From assembly GCA_944376685.1 (NCBI GenBank), contig CALWDN010000001.1:5472-69471 (forward strand): a DNA stretch of 64,000 nt. Reading direction: 5' to 3'. The translations under genes and the position numbers were made by a program. Position 1 is the first letter of the stretch. Each line of letters opens with the position of its first letter. Below, in pieces: positions 11,401 to 19,953 of this stretch. The notes beneath the pieces are model-generated. The model searched no databases and was not told the DNA's origin. It saw nothing but the letters and a program-made list of their open reading frames with translations. This DNA comes from an uncultured Mediterraneibacter sp. Its GTDB lineage: Bacteria; Bacillota; Clostridia; Lachnospirales; Lachnospiraceae.

Positions 11401-11825
11401 TCACATTTGAGACAAGCATACTGCACAAGCACCTGAACAAGCTTAAGAGCGAAGAGTTCAAGAAGACAGGGCTTTCACTCTTTGATCTCGCGCTGCTCCT
11501 TAAAGTGTCCACCCCGTCGGCGGAATTTGACAAGAAAGTTGGGAAGGACATCCTCAAAGAAGCGCTCGCCTTCGTATATGACTACATGAAGACGATCATA
11601 CTTGGCGATGACCTTGACTGGGCGTACGGCAATTTCGTATATGCGCAGGCAGAGATGTTTGAAAAGAATGTTGACTGGTATTTTGAGAACTGGAAGGACA
11701 GCTTCAGCGATTATGTCGACGATCTGATGCAGATCGCAGCCAACGAACTTGAGAACAAGGGCATGGACAACCTGTGCGAAAAACTTCAGGATATGATCGA
11801 ATCCACAAGGGCAGGAAAAGAATAA
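8412..11825 (+). CDS. Tubulin/FtsZ-like GTPase (Tubulin_2 / FtsZl1 type) with long helical C-terminal extension
   Basis: LLVGLGGTGSK, FDTD, GAGQVRAISR, tubulin-signature-like SLAGGTGSG, NAYAALREL; strong RBS GAGGAGG. Confidence 0.88.
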   Translation: MIAPTLLVGLGGTGSKIVCRVSKMVTEEQRKHIGFAVFDTDINELREIREQNPFIKTIQTSTNLTVGEYLNIDTHARDTWFPVNGILNSKSLTEGAGQVRAISRLALDTAIRAGNMEPLHNAIEDLYKLEGDSSEQALRVVIVSSLAGGTGSGLILPVALYLKNYLATKFQASANITRGFFILPEVFYEVIRGQTERNNLRCNAYAALRELDAFLMKGDRTLSDKYEKTVKVEFPRVGSNDVEEYDVRPYDFCFLFDAQNTAGKKLNSFNQYLDHAANCIYSQSIGPMNKRSNSSEDNTIRELCAQRGRNRYAGAGSAMLIYPNEDVKEYIALNWAKECVSKQWLVFDDMYREKCVANAEMRAQGFHVQDVNASMDYIESINQMAKQKDPFAKAIEEACTIYDEGGFKKIGDKWTEYVDKLKKFIKESTMNGQMDLDSQKKEAVSMVNNVEVGKKETAEELQSAFAEMEKYKDMVVKRSEDTGRTIAYAVFKAKNDSATKDRLPHQLETYLRDQNDAFIHPNAVRYFLYQVLELLKQEKVLVDKENKKKEKFFEEEFVKNFDDDKTTDVVETVDQLADRKIDRKKQQDLKDQFRNYINQVDQYRTSSVLAEVYREGIDYVTNLCSAFETFYASFEDRISKLDRRIVSLLKKYGNTAGKTTRYVCATPNCMEHLLKEMPYTGNTITIDKELAESIYMKVRSYSMMKEKPENGGYFEELFEDGIIGYFKNSLLEVYGSTVNMDVLSALEREAKYEANEYDYGRVEQYVRRVIAETRNLSSPFIERPLGEQREPIAACTYSTELDPKDDSPRSHLIAKELGNYGGNPDADIPLNMIMFYQAIYGLRANGLSKFAPASEADGRGEGEYYKAYYELISQIKPKSDKTPVITPHIDKRWHIISCMPDLDDDNQKRQERQIYRAFILGLVFNLISYRKISEGKYLYRLQMNGIETEEFVVSNGTPCDHYYEVLDALIINPVVVRTILNYMNKKFDMERNNAGKITFETSILHKHLNKLKSEEFKKTGLSLFDLALLLKVSTPSAEFDKKVGKDILKEALAFVYDYMKTIILGDDLDWAYGNFVYAQAEMFEKNVDWYFENWKDSFSDYVDDLMQIAANELENKGMDNLCEKLQDMIESTRAGKE

Positions 11826-11848
11826 ATGGAATAAAGGCGGTGAAAGTA

Positions 11849-13882
11849 ATGCATACAGTAATCATACTGAGCAGGCACTCATCAGACCTTCTGAAGGACT
11901 TCCGGTTTCTTTTCAAACCGTTTATGGACGATGATACGATCAGTTTCTGTGACTGGAATGAGTCGGGGACAGATATTGATTCCGCTGTCCCTGACCTGTA
12001 TAAGCTGATCAAAGGGAAATCGGACTGGAGAGCAGTTATCGTTGACACAGAACCGGCTTTCGGAAGAAAACACGGCCCGGTCCCGGACAGGAAAAATCCA
12101 TTTGATTATCCGTCGGAAAGGCCGGATTTCGAGAAGCCCGGCGTGAGCAGCGTCCCGGTCATACGGCTGACCCATATGCTGTGCGGTTATCCGTCGTCGC
12201 CGGTCAGGAATTTTGAAAACGGATACGAATATACAGACGTCCTGACCGGGGAGACGCAGAGGGTAAGGGCTTCGGAACTGTCGGACGATGAATTTTACAG
12301 GCTGTCGCAGACATACAGGGACGCGCTCCGTCCGATCTATATGCAGGAGCGCATCCCGGATGAAACTCTGCAGGCGCAGGAAGCGCTGGAAGAAAAGTAT
12401 TCATTCATGGATGTGCGCCCGCAGGAAGTGTATCTTGTCGCCACAAGAAAGCATCCGGATGATGACGAGCATATATATGCATCGTGGAAATCCCCGTTTG
12501 AGATCGAGAGCTCGGATTTCTGCAGAAAAAACAATTATCCGGGGGGCTGCCGCTTCCTCTGTTTTGACATCACGAATCCGGAGAACAGCCGGTATATGAA
12601 AGAACTGACGGAATTCTGGCTCGCGGTGCTCACGGTCGTGATCAACAGGATACCTGCGAGTACGCTGCAGGCCTATAAACTGTACAGGCTGAACGTGGAT
12701 ATATCCGGGGAAGAGCTGTCAGCGATGCTGAACAGCCACCTTAATAAAATGGAAGCGGCGTATAATTTCGTTCAGGAAAGGCTCCGTATGAAGCCGGAAT
12801 ATTCCTTTGAGGAAGACGAAGCGATCGTGGAGCCCCAGAAGATCCCGGTGATCTTCGAGGGAAAAACCGGATCGGACCTGTATATAGACACAAGGCATAT
12901 CGGCCTGAGCCGCGACTGCCCGGACGACGAGCTTGTTTTCTGGAGAGAGGCGGTCAGTGAAAAGCAGGGAAATATCGTCGGATTCCTGAAAGCGCCGAGA
13001 CGCGCCATAGATAAAGCCTGCCGCTATATGAAAGGCAGGGCGGCCGGATTCTGCGGGGATGAATATGAGCTGGACAGGTTTCAGGTGGCCGACCTTGAAG
13101 AAGAAATGGACCACCTGGAACTGGAGGTGCTGACAAGCGATACATACAGTGTCATTGATGAACAGCGGATACGGAAAGAACTGGACAAAGTGGACCGGCA
13201 GGTGCGCAGGGACATCGCGGTGAGGATGCCGAAGATGGTGGTGATCGCATCAGGCGCCGTGGTGCTGTTCCTGTACCTTGTCGGATACATGCCGTATATC
13301 TGGAACAGCATGCGGCTTGGAAGCAGCAGGTTCTTTGCTTCGCTGGGGCTTTCCTTTGCCGCGGCCGCGCTTGCGGCTGTGGGCGGGGTCATCACGCTGC
13401 TCATCCTGCGCAGGAGGATGCGCGCGAGCATGGAGCGTTTTAACACGCTTATGCGTGAACTGGTCAGAAATGTAAATGCTTCGGCTAAAAAATATGAAAA
13501 ATATTTCTCTGCGCTCTGCACGTTTATGAAGGCGCAGTCAATCTATAACGGGATCTCCCACAAGAAGGATTCTGTTTCACAGCGGATGGAGAAACTCCTG
13601 ACGCACAAAAGGGCGCTGGCTGTTTCTATCGACAGGGATGAACAGATGGCGGCATCGTTTGGGATAAAAAGGGCGGCGGACTTTGAAAGAAATGTGACGC
13701 GTTTCTTTGACGAGGATAAAAAACCACTCGACAATCCGCTTTATTATTACGAAGCTGATATGAACAAATCAGAGATCCCGCTGAATACGACGGGCGAGAT
13801 GGTAAGGACGCCGTATAAATTTGTTGTCGGCCTTATGATCGACCGTGAAGAAATATACGAAGAGGAGAAAGGAGGAGACTGA
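11849..13882 (+). CDS. Hypothetical coiled-coil protein with two TM helices, member of the tubulin-like operon
   Basis: Long ORF; ATG 11849 after AGGCGGTG; TMs VVIASGAVVLFLYLVGYM and FFASLGLSFAAAALAAVGGVITLLIL flanked by heptad-like helices; stop overlaps the next ATG. Confidence 0.8.
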   Translation: MHTVIILSRHSSDLLKDFRFLFKPFMDDDTISFCDWNESGTDIDSAVPDLYKLIKGKSDWRAVIVDTEPAFGRKHGPVPDRKNPFDYPSERPDFEKPGVSSVPVIRLTHMLCGYPSSPVRNFENGYEYTDVLTGETQRVRASELSDDEFYRLSQTYRDALRPIYMQERIPDETLQAQEALEEKYSFMDVRPQEVYLVATRKHPDDDEHIYASWKSPFEIESSDFCRKNNYPGGCRFLCFDITNPENSRYMKELTEFWLAVLTVVINRIPASTLQAYKLYRLNVDISGEELSAMLNSHLNKMEAAYNFVQERLRMKPEYSFEEDEAIVEPQKIPVIFEGKTGSDLYIDTRHIGLSRDCPDDELVFWREAVSEKQGNIVGFLKAPRRAIDKACRYMKGRAAGFCGDEYELDRFQVADLEEEMDHLELEVLTSDTYSVIDEQRIRKELDKVDRQVRRDIAVRMPKMVVIASGAVVLFLYLVGYMPYIWNSMRLGSSRFFASLGLSFAAAALAAVGGVITLLILRRRMRASMERFNTLMRELVRNVNASAKKYEKYFSALCTFMKAQSIYNGISHKKDSVSQRMEKLLTHKRALAVSIDRDEQMAASFGIKRAADFERNVTRFFDEDKKPLDNPLYYYEADMNKSEIPLNTTGEMVRTPYKFVVGLMIDREEIYEEEKGGD

Positions 13883-16800
13883 TGTCGGAGATTTTATTCA
13901 TCGTAAAAATCGTGCTGTGCACAGCTTCCTTTATTCTTCTCTGCGTGGCGGCTGCAAAGCTGAACCTGAATCCGGTTGACCGGGCAAAACAGTTCCTGAT
14001 GCCCGTGATCGCACTGGTATACTGCATCGCAGCCCTGATTTTTATAAACGATATCATTTCAGCGCTGACGCGGGGCATCCGCTTCGTGGAAAGCATCCTT
14101 CCCTTTATCAGCAGGCTGAACCTCCATCAGTACCTGATCTATCTCGCGAATGCGTTTATGGTGCTTGGATTCCTTGCGGTGAAGGCGGTCGCGCTCCCGA
14201 TCCTGAAACGGGTCTGGGGCGGCTCCGAAAACCTTATGGAGGCGACATCCGGCCATTTTTATGAGTATGAGAAGGAAGTTGACGCCTGGCTTCTCAAGCC
14301 GGAATACGGCCAGGTGAAGTTCTACTGCAAAGGGATTTACATCTCGGCGGCGGTTGTTTCATCGGTTGTGTTTGTCCTGTCGCAGTATTTCCCGCAGTCG
14401 GTATTTTTCCAGACTGCATTTTACCCGGTCTTTGGGATCCTTATACTGGGAGAAGTCGTAAGCTTCCTGTCCGGGCTTACCAGAACGGAGTTTATGGAGG
14501 ATATCCTCGGCGAGGATGAAGATTCATACAAAATAGCAAATTACGGCCTGCTCCGGGACATTCTTAAAAGCCTGTTCGGAGACCATGTGCTCTACGATTC
14601 CACGATGGACAGCGGCCTGGGCGTGCCTCCCGCATTCGAGACGCTGGAGGAGATGTGCGCATCCGGGGATCCGCAGGTGTCGAATATGGGCCAGTATTTC
14701 CGGGCGCTCAAGGAAAGCGGACGGGATATCGATTCAAGTTATGTGAAGAGCTGCATCGGCCTCGTCAAGGGGCAGAGCGTGCTGTTCTGCGATCCGTTTT
14801 ACCGCGACCTGACGGATTATGTGCTCATCCCGATGACGGGACAGCTTATGCGCTACAGGAAATGCCTGGTTGTGACGGGCAGGGATTCGTCTGCTGATGA
14901 TGTCAGAGACTGGCTGGAGGAAGGGCTTGCCGGACAGGTCGGAACAGACAGCCTGTGGCAGGTCGGCGTCCTCGGGAATGAGCCTGCGGATATTGATATC
15001 GGCATCCTGAAGTTCAGCGACCTGTTTAATTTTGAAATCCAGAAGAAAAACGAAGATTTCCTTCTCCAGGTTGGTTTTGTGTTTATCGTGGAGCCGTCGA
15101 AGCTTCTCGCGACCGGCCAGATGGGGCTGAATCTTCTGGTCAGCCGTTTCGGCCGGGACCAGGAGGTTGTATACGCCGCATGCGACAGGAACTGCGACGG
15201 GCTTGTGGACGCGCTTTCGCATACGCTGCGCACTAATATTACAGAGGTGACCGCCACAAGCCAGAGCAGTACGATCACATCGATGATGTGCTGGGACGCG
15301 GACGGCGAGTATATGCATCACCGGATCTTCTCCAATATTTCCAGGTATCTCGGAGTGGGCACGGAGATCAATTCCGTTGCCATGAAGTACCAGATATCGG
15401 ATACGAGATGGATCAGCAGTGAAAAATTCCCGGTGACGGACATCAAATGGATCGACGGGCAGTATTACAGGAAGATCTGCGGCTACGCCGACCTTCCGAC
15501 AAGCCAGGAAAGCTTTAACAAAGCGTTTAAGGTAGATTCAAATCTCTGGGATATGGAAGCCAGGGAAAATTCATTCCTCGTCGTGGAGGATGAGTTCCAG
15601 AATCTGTTCGAGCTTGTCCGCCTGTTTTCAACGCGGGCGAAAAGCCAGGGATTTATAAATGTTATCAGTGAAAACTACCTGCTCAGGGACTATATGCTGG
15701 GCAACGCGCTGACGTTTATCTCAGACCCCAAAGCGATCCCGGCCATTGTGGCCGATTACGCGCGGACAGAGAGAAATACGGTCCTGAAGCTGCTGATGCG
15801 GATGTCGGGAGAACAGGTCAGTGAGGAAGAAATCGCCGAGACGCTGATGGTCAATGGCATAAGCTTTGAGTCGCCGGTGGAAACGCTGAAAGAACTGATA
15901 CGGAAGCATTGCAGCATTGATGAGATCAATATCAGGGTCTATTTTAAAGAGACGCTGCTCGCAGACGGCCTCCGCACGGAGACCCGCAAATATTACGCGA
16001 TAGAGGAAGAGACAGAGACTGCGGAGTTTGCCCGTGGCCTGAAAAACGCATATTACATCGCTGAAGATGAGAAAGGCGAAACATATTATATCGGCGCGAA
16101 GCTATACGGACATGTGTTCCAGGCGCTGATCCCGGGGCAGTTCCTGACCTATGACGGGAAATATTACGAGGTGGAGTCCATTACCCCTCACAACGGCGTT
16201 GTGGTCCGCAGGGCGGCCGACCATATCAATGGAAGAAAATATTACCGACAGATCCGCAACATAATATTATCGGACTGGAAAGACGATACAAATGTAGGCG
16301 GACAGAAAACGATCGGGGACATCAGCCTGATCAGAGGCTACAGCCAGGTGACGGTGGAAACCGACGGATATCTGGAGATGTCCTCATATAATGACCTGAA
16401 ATCGGCAAGGCACATCCATGTCAGCGGCATTCCCGTGCGGTCCTACCGAAATAAACTGGCGCTCAGGATCATGCTGCCGAACGCGGACGACCGTGTCCGG
16501 TACACGATATGCCTGCTCATGAACGAGATCTTCCGGACCGTTTATCCGGACACCTGGCCGTATATATGCGCGGTCACCCCGCTCGGGGAAAAAGTGCCGG
16601 ATGAGCTGAAATATGCGATGTACACTGTGGAATCCGGGCAGGAGGATTCAGGGATCTATATCATAGAAGACAGTGATATCGACCTCGGCCTGACGGCATC
16701 GGTGGAACGGAATCTGGAGCGGTATTTCGAGATCATTACGGAATTTCTTACATGGCATCGTCTTAAGATGGCTGAAAAACCGGAAGAAGATGCGCCGGAG

Positions 16801-18057
16801 GAAGAGTTTAAGCCTGAATTTCCGCCTGCGCCGGAGGAACCGGTGAAGAAGAAAGGCTTTTTCGGCAGGATCCTGGAGAAGATAAAATCCATATTCCGAA
16901 GAAAGCCGAAGCCGGAAGCGGAAGAGCCAAAACCGGAAGCGGAAGAGCCAAAACCGGAAGCGGAAGAGCCAAAGCCGGAAGCGGAAGAGCCGAAGCCGGA
17001 AGCGGAAGAGCCGAAGCCGGAAGCGGAACAGCCGAAGCCGGAAGCGGAACAGCCGAAGCCGGAGGCGGAAGAGCCGAAGCCTGAGACAGAAGAGCCGAAG
17101 CCCGAAACAGAAGAGGCGAAGCCGGAAATGCAGGATCTGCGGGAGCGCATGCCGGAAGACCAGGCCGGCAGCCTTGATATCCAGGGCGACGATGAAGAGC
17201 TTGTGAAACAGGACAGTGAGATGACAGAATATCAGAAGCACGCGTTCCTTAAATACGGATATGAGGAGATCAGTGAATTCCTCGCGCTTGACGAGACAGC
17301 AGGATATCTTGCGGGATATGGCTATGACAGAAATCCGCTGCAGCAGGTACGGGACAATGAAAAAGCTGCGGAAGAATACGCAAAGACATATGATCCTCAG
17401 AAGCATGGTGCGCATTTCTGCGATTTCTGCGGGGTTGAACTCGCAGGAGGAGAATATGAAGTCCTGAAAGACGGCCGGGAGCGGTGCAACCATTGTTCAT
17501 CTACCGCGCTCCGCACGGGAGAAGCCTTCAAAGAAGTGTTCAAAATGGTGCTCAGGAACATGGAAATATTCTACGGCATCAAGATCAATACGGCGATCAA
17601 AGTAAGAATGACGGATGCCGGTACGATCGCAAAGCATTTTGGAGAAGATTTTGTCCCCACTCCGGGAATGGACGGACGGACGCTTGGATTTGCGCAGAAA
17701 GACTCCAGCGGATACAGCATATACATTGAAAACGGTTCGCCAAAACTCGCGGCCATGGCGACGATCGCGCATGAACTTACCCATATCTGGCAGTACCAGA
17801 ACTGGGATGACCAGGCGATCATCGCTGCATATGGAGCGCACAACAGGCTGGAAGTTTATGAAGGCATGGCAAAATGGGCGGAAATACAGTATCTTCTTTA
17901 CCTGAATGAAACAGCTTACGGAAAACGGGAAGAGATCCGGACCATACTCCGGCAGGACGAATACGGAAGAGGATTTATCCAGTACCGTAAAAAATACGGC
18001 CTGTCGTATAATCAGGAAAAGAAAGTGACGCCATTCCAGGTATTCCCGCCGCTTTAG
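13882..18057 (+). CDS. Large multidomain membrane protein: N-terminal TMs, degenerate SF2 helicase/DUF1998-like region, PKPEAEE repeat, DA1-like Zn-finger plus HExxH metallopeptidase
   Basis: About 5 hydrophobic helices in the first 200 aa; CDFC...CNHC; AHELTH, VYEG and YGRGF; AGGAGG RBS. Confidence 0.8.
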   Translation: MSEILFIVKIVLCTASFILLCVAAAKLNLNPVDRAKQFLMPVIALVYCIAALIFINDIISALTRGIRFVESILPFISRLNLHQYLIYLANAFMVLGFLAVKAVALPILKRVWGGSENLMEATSGHFYEYEKEVDAWLLKPEYGQVKFYCKGIYISAAVVSSVVFVLSQYFPQSVFFQTAFYPVFGILILGEVVSFLSGLTRTEFMEDILGEDEDSYKIANYGLLRDILKSLFGDHVLYDSTMDSGLGVPPAFETLEEMCASGDPQVSNMGQYFRALKESGRDIDSSYVKSCIGLVKGQSVLFCDPFYRDLTDYVLIPMTGQLMRYRKCLVVTGRDSSADDVRDWLEEGLAGQVGTDSLWQVGVLGNEPADIDIGILKFSDLFNFEIQKKNEDFLLQVGFVFIVEPSKLLATGQMGLNLLVSRFGRDQEVVYAACDRNCDGLVDALSHTLRTNITEVTATSQSSTITSMMCWDADGEYMHHRIFSNISRYLGVGTEINSVAMKYQISDTRWISSEKFPVTDIKWIDGQYYRKICGYADLPTSQESFNKAFKVDSNLWDMEARENSFLVVEDEFQNLFELVRLFSTRAKSQGFINVISENYLLRDYMLGNALTFISDPKAIPAIVADYARTERNTVLKLLMRMSGEQVSEEEIAETLMVNGISFESPVETLKELIRKHCSIDEINIRVYFKETLLADGLRTETRKYYAIEEETETAEFARGLKNAYYIAEDEKGETYYIGAKLYGHVFQALIPGQFLTYDGKYYEVESITPHNGVVVRRAADHINGRKYYRQIRNIILSDWKDDTNVGGQKTIGDISLIRGYSQVTVETDGYLEMSSYNDLKSARHIHVSGIPVRSYRNKLALRIMLPNADDRVRYTICLLMNEIFRTVYPDTWPYICAVTPLGEKVPDELKYAMYTVESGQEDSGIYIIEDSDIDLGLTASVERNLERYFEIITEFLTWHRLKMAEKPEEDAPEEEFKPEFPPAPEEPVKKKGFFGRILEKIKSIFRRKPKPEAEEPKPEAEEPKPEAEEPKPEAEEPKPEAEEPKPEAEQPKPEAEQPKPEAEEPKPETEEPKPETEEAKPEMQDLRERMPEDQAGSLDIQGDDEELVKQDSEMTEYQKHAFLKYGYEEISEFLALDETAGYLAGYGYDRNPLQQVRDNEKAAEEYAKTYDPQKHGAHFCDFCGVELAGGEYEVLKDGRERCNHCSSTALRTGEAFKEVFKMVLRNMEIFYGIKINTAIKVRMTDAGTIAKHFGEDFVPTPGMDGRTLGFAQKDSSGYSIYIENGSPKLAAMATIAHELTHIWQYQNWDDQAIIAAYGAHNRLEVYEGMAKWAEIQYLLYLNETAYGKREEIRTILRQDEYGRGFIQYRKKYGLSYNQEKKVTPFQVFPPL
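16906..17127 (+). repeat. In-frame 21-bp tandem repeat, 10 full copies (PKPEAEE, PKPEAEQ, PKPETEE) plus a partial copy
   Basis: Unit ccgaagccggaagcggaagag, counted from the DNA and the translation. Confidence 0.95.
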
Positions 18058-18077
18058 GGAAAATAAGGTTAAAATGA

Positions 18078-18107
18078 AAAACGCGGGCTCATTGCAGTCC
18101 GCGTTTT
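18078..18107 (+). terminator. Intrinsic terminator ending the vWA-tubulin operon
   Basis: aaaacgcgggct-cattgc-agtccgcgtttt hairpin ending in a T-run, 20 nt after the stop. Confidence 0.65.
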
Positions 18108-18158
18108 GTGAAACAGCTTTTGGGCATTACGTACATAAAGACAGATGCAGGAGTGAAA

Positions 18159-19430
18159 ATGATGAAGAAGATCGGTTCGGTTTTAAAGTATTTTATATTG
18201 TCGCTGTTCCTGTTCTTCGGCGGTGTGCTGATGGATGCGGATGCGCCGTCCGGGTCAGAACCGGTCAGCAGTCTTATAGACAGGCTTGATGATCTTCCTG
18301 ATATTGATCCTGATATCGATCCGGATATCGACCTGCCTGATCTGCTGCCGGACGGCACAGCGGATAAACTGCAGGCGGAGGACAGCGGCGTCCCTGACAG
18401 CCCGGACCAGGATGAAAGCAGCGATGAAGATGAAGTTTATCAGTATTATTACTCACTTCTTGACGCTGGCCAGAAAGCGTATTATGACCAGATATGCGGC
18501 GCTGTGAGCAGGGGAGAAGCTTCTGTTGAACTGTCCGGCATTACGCAGGAAGAAGCAGATCCGATTTTTCTCAGTGTGCAGTATGACCATCCGGAATACT
18601 TCTGGCTTGACAGCCCTTACAGCTACCGTTCCGGGGACGGCTTTGTGGAGTTTATATTTGAGTATAACTGCGAGGGCGCAGAAAAAGAAAAAAGGCAGCG
18701 TGAGATCGAGGACCAGGCGGACGCGATCATAGCGGGAGCGCCCTTGGGCGGCGATGAATACGAGAAGATAAAATATGTGTTTGAGACCATCGTTGACCAG
18801 ACGGATTATGATCTGAGCGCCCCGGACAACCAGAATATCTACAGCGTGTTCGGCAATTGGACCAGCGTGTGCGCAGGATATGCCAAAGCGTCAAAATATC
18901 TTCTGGACCAGCTGGGCGTGGAGTGCATCTATGTGACCGGGGATGCGTCGGGGGAAGCCCATGCGTGGAACATTGTCAGATGCGACGGCCAGTATTACTG
19001 TTATGATGCGACCTGGGGAGATCCGCTCTATCAGGAAGGGATCGGCGTTGAAATGGATACTACGTCTTATGAATATCTGTGCTGCCCGGATTCGATGCTT
19101 TCCCGGACGCATACGCCGGATCCGGCATATACCCTTCCGGAATGCACAGACGTTTCGCTTGAGTATTACAGGCTGGCGGGCAGGTATCTGGAGTCTTCGG
19201 ACCGGGAGGCGATACTCGGGATCATGCGGTCAGATATCGATGCCGGCGAGGAGCGGACAGACATCCAGTTCGCATCGCCCGATATATACAATGAAGTGAT
19301 CGCACAGATGGATCCTCTGCTTAATGAGGCGATGCAGTATGAGATGGAAGCGACTGGGGCTTCCCAGAGCAATATCAGCTATCAGTACAATGACAATACA
19401 TGCAGGCTTACAGTCCTGTGGACGAAGTAA
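18159..19430 (+). CDS. Exported transglutaminase-like domain protein
   Basis: N-terminal hydrophobic signal or anchor; acidic linker; Cys-His-Asp triad SVCAGYA, HAWNIV, YDATWGD; ATG 18159 after AGGAG. Confidence 0.85.
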   Translation: MMKKIGSVLKYFILSLFLFFGGVLMDADAPSGSEPVSSLIDRLDDLPDIDPDIDPDIDLPDLLPDGTADKLQAEDSGVPDSPDQDESSDEDEVYQYYYSLLDAGQKAYYDQICGAVSRGEASVELSGITQEEADPIFLSVQYDHPEYFWLDSPYSYRSGDGFVEFIFEYNCEGAEKEKRQREIEDQADAIIAGAPLGGDEYEKIKYVFETIVDQTDYDLSAPDNQNIYSVFGNWTSVCAGYAKASKYLLDQLGVECIYVTGDASGEAHAWNIVRCDGQYYCYDATWGDPLYQEGIGVEMDTTSYEYLCCPDSMLSRTHTPDPAYTLPECTDVSLEYYRLAGRYLESSDREAILGIMRSDIDAGEERTDIQFASPDIYNEVIAQMDPLLNEAMQYEMEATGASQSNISYQYNDNTCRLTVLWTK

Positions 19431-19480
19431 AGACTGCTGCGAAAAACAGCATAACATGGGAAAAGAGGAGATAAAAAATT

Positions 19481-19948
19481 ATGGAGAGAATTGCAAGTTT
19501 TACGATAAATCATCTTGAGCTGTTCCCGGGGCTTTATGTTTCGAGAAGAGACAGGCGCGGCGACTGCGTCATCACGACGTTTGATATGAGGATCACTGCG
19601 CCGAACAGGGAGCCGGTTGTAGATGTGCCGGCCCTGCACACGATCGAGCACATGGCGGCCACGTATCTGAGAAACAGCGCAGGAAAAGAAGATATTGTAT
19701 ATTTTGGACCGATGGGATGCCGCACAGGCTGCTATCTGGTGATGTTTGGAGATCTGAACCCGGAGGATGTATACGGGCTGATACTGGATATGTGTGATTT
19801 TATCCTTTCATATGAGGGAGAGATCCCCGGGGCGCAGCCTGACCAGTGCGGAAATTATTCGGAACAGAATCTTGGCATGGCGAAATATTATATCAGAAAA
19901 TACCGGGACGAACTGACAGAAAATAAAAGATTTTCTTATCCGGACTGA
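19481..19948 (+). CDS. luxS: S-ribosylhomocysteine lyase (AI-2 synthase)
   Basis: IASFTINH, HTIEH, GPMGCRTG, IPGA...CGNY. Confidence 0.95.
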   Translation: MERIASFTINHLELFPGLYVSRRDRRGDCVITTFDMRITAPNREPVVDVPALHTIEHMAATYLRNSAGKEDIVYFGPMGCRTGCYLVMFGDLNPEDVYGLILDMCDFILSYEGEIPGAQPDQCGNYSEQNLGMAKYYIRKYRDELTENKRFSYPD

Positions 19949-19953
19949 GAAGG

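Noticed and set aside
16906-17127. Possible CRISPR array
   Set aside because: Contiguous in-frame 21-bp units with no unique spacers, and no cas genes in the window
18159-19430. Transglutaminase-like gene as a fifth member of the tubulin operon
   Set aside because: Separated by a terminator-like hairpin at 18078-18107, and it belongs to a common clostridial exported family; linkage cannot be supported from sequence alone
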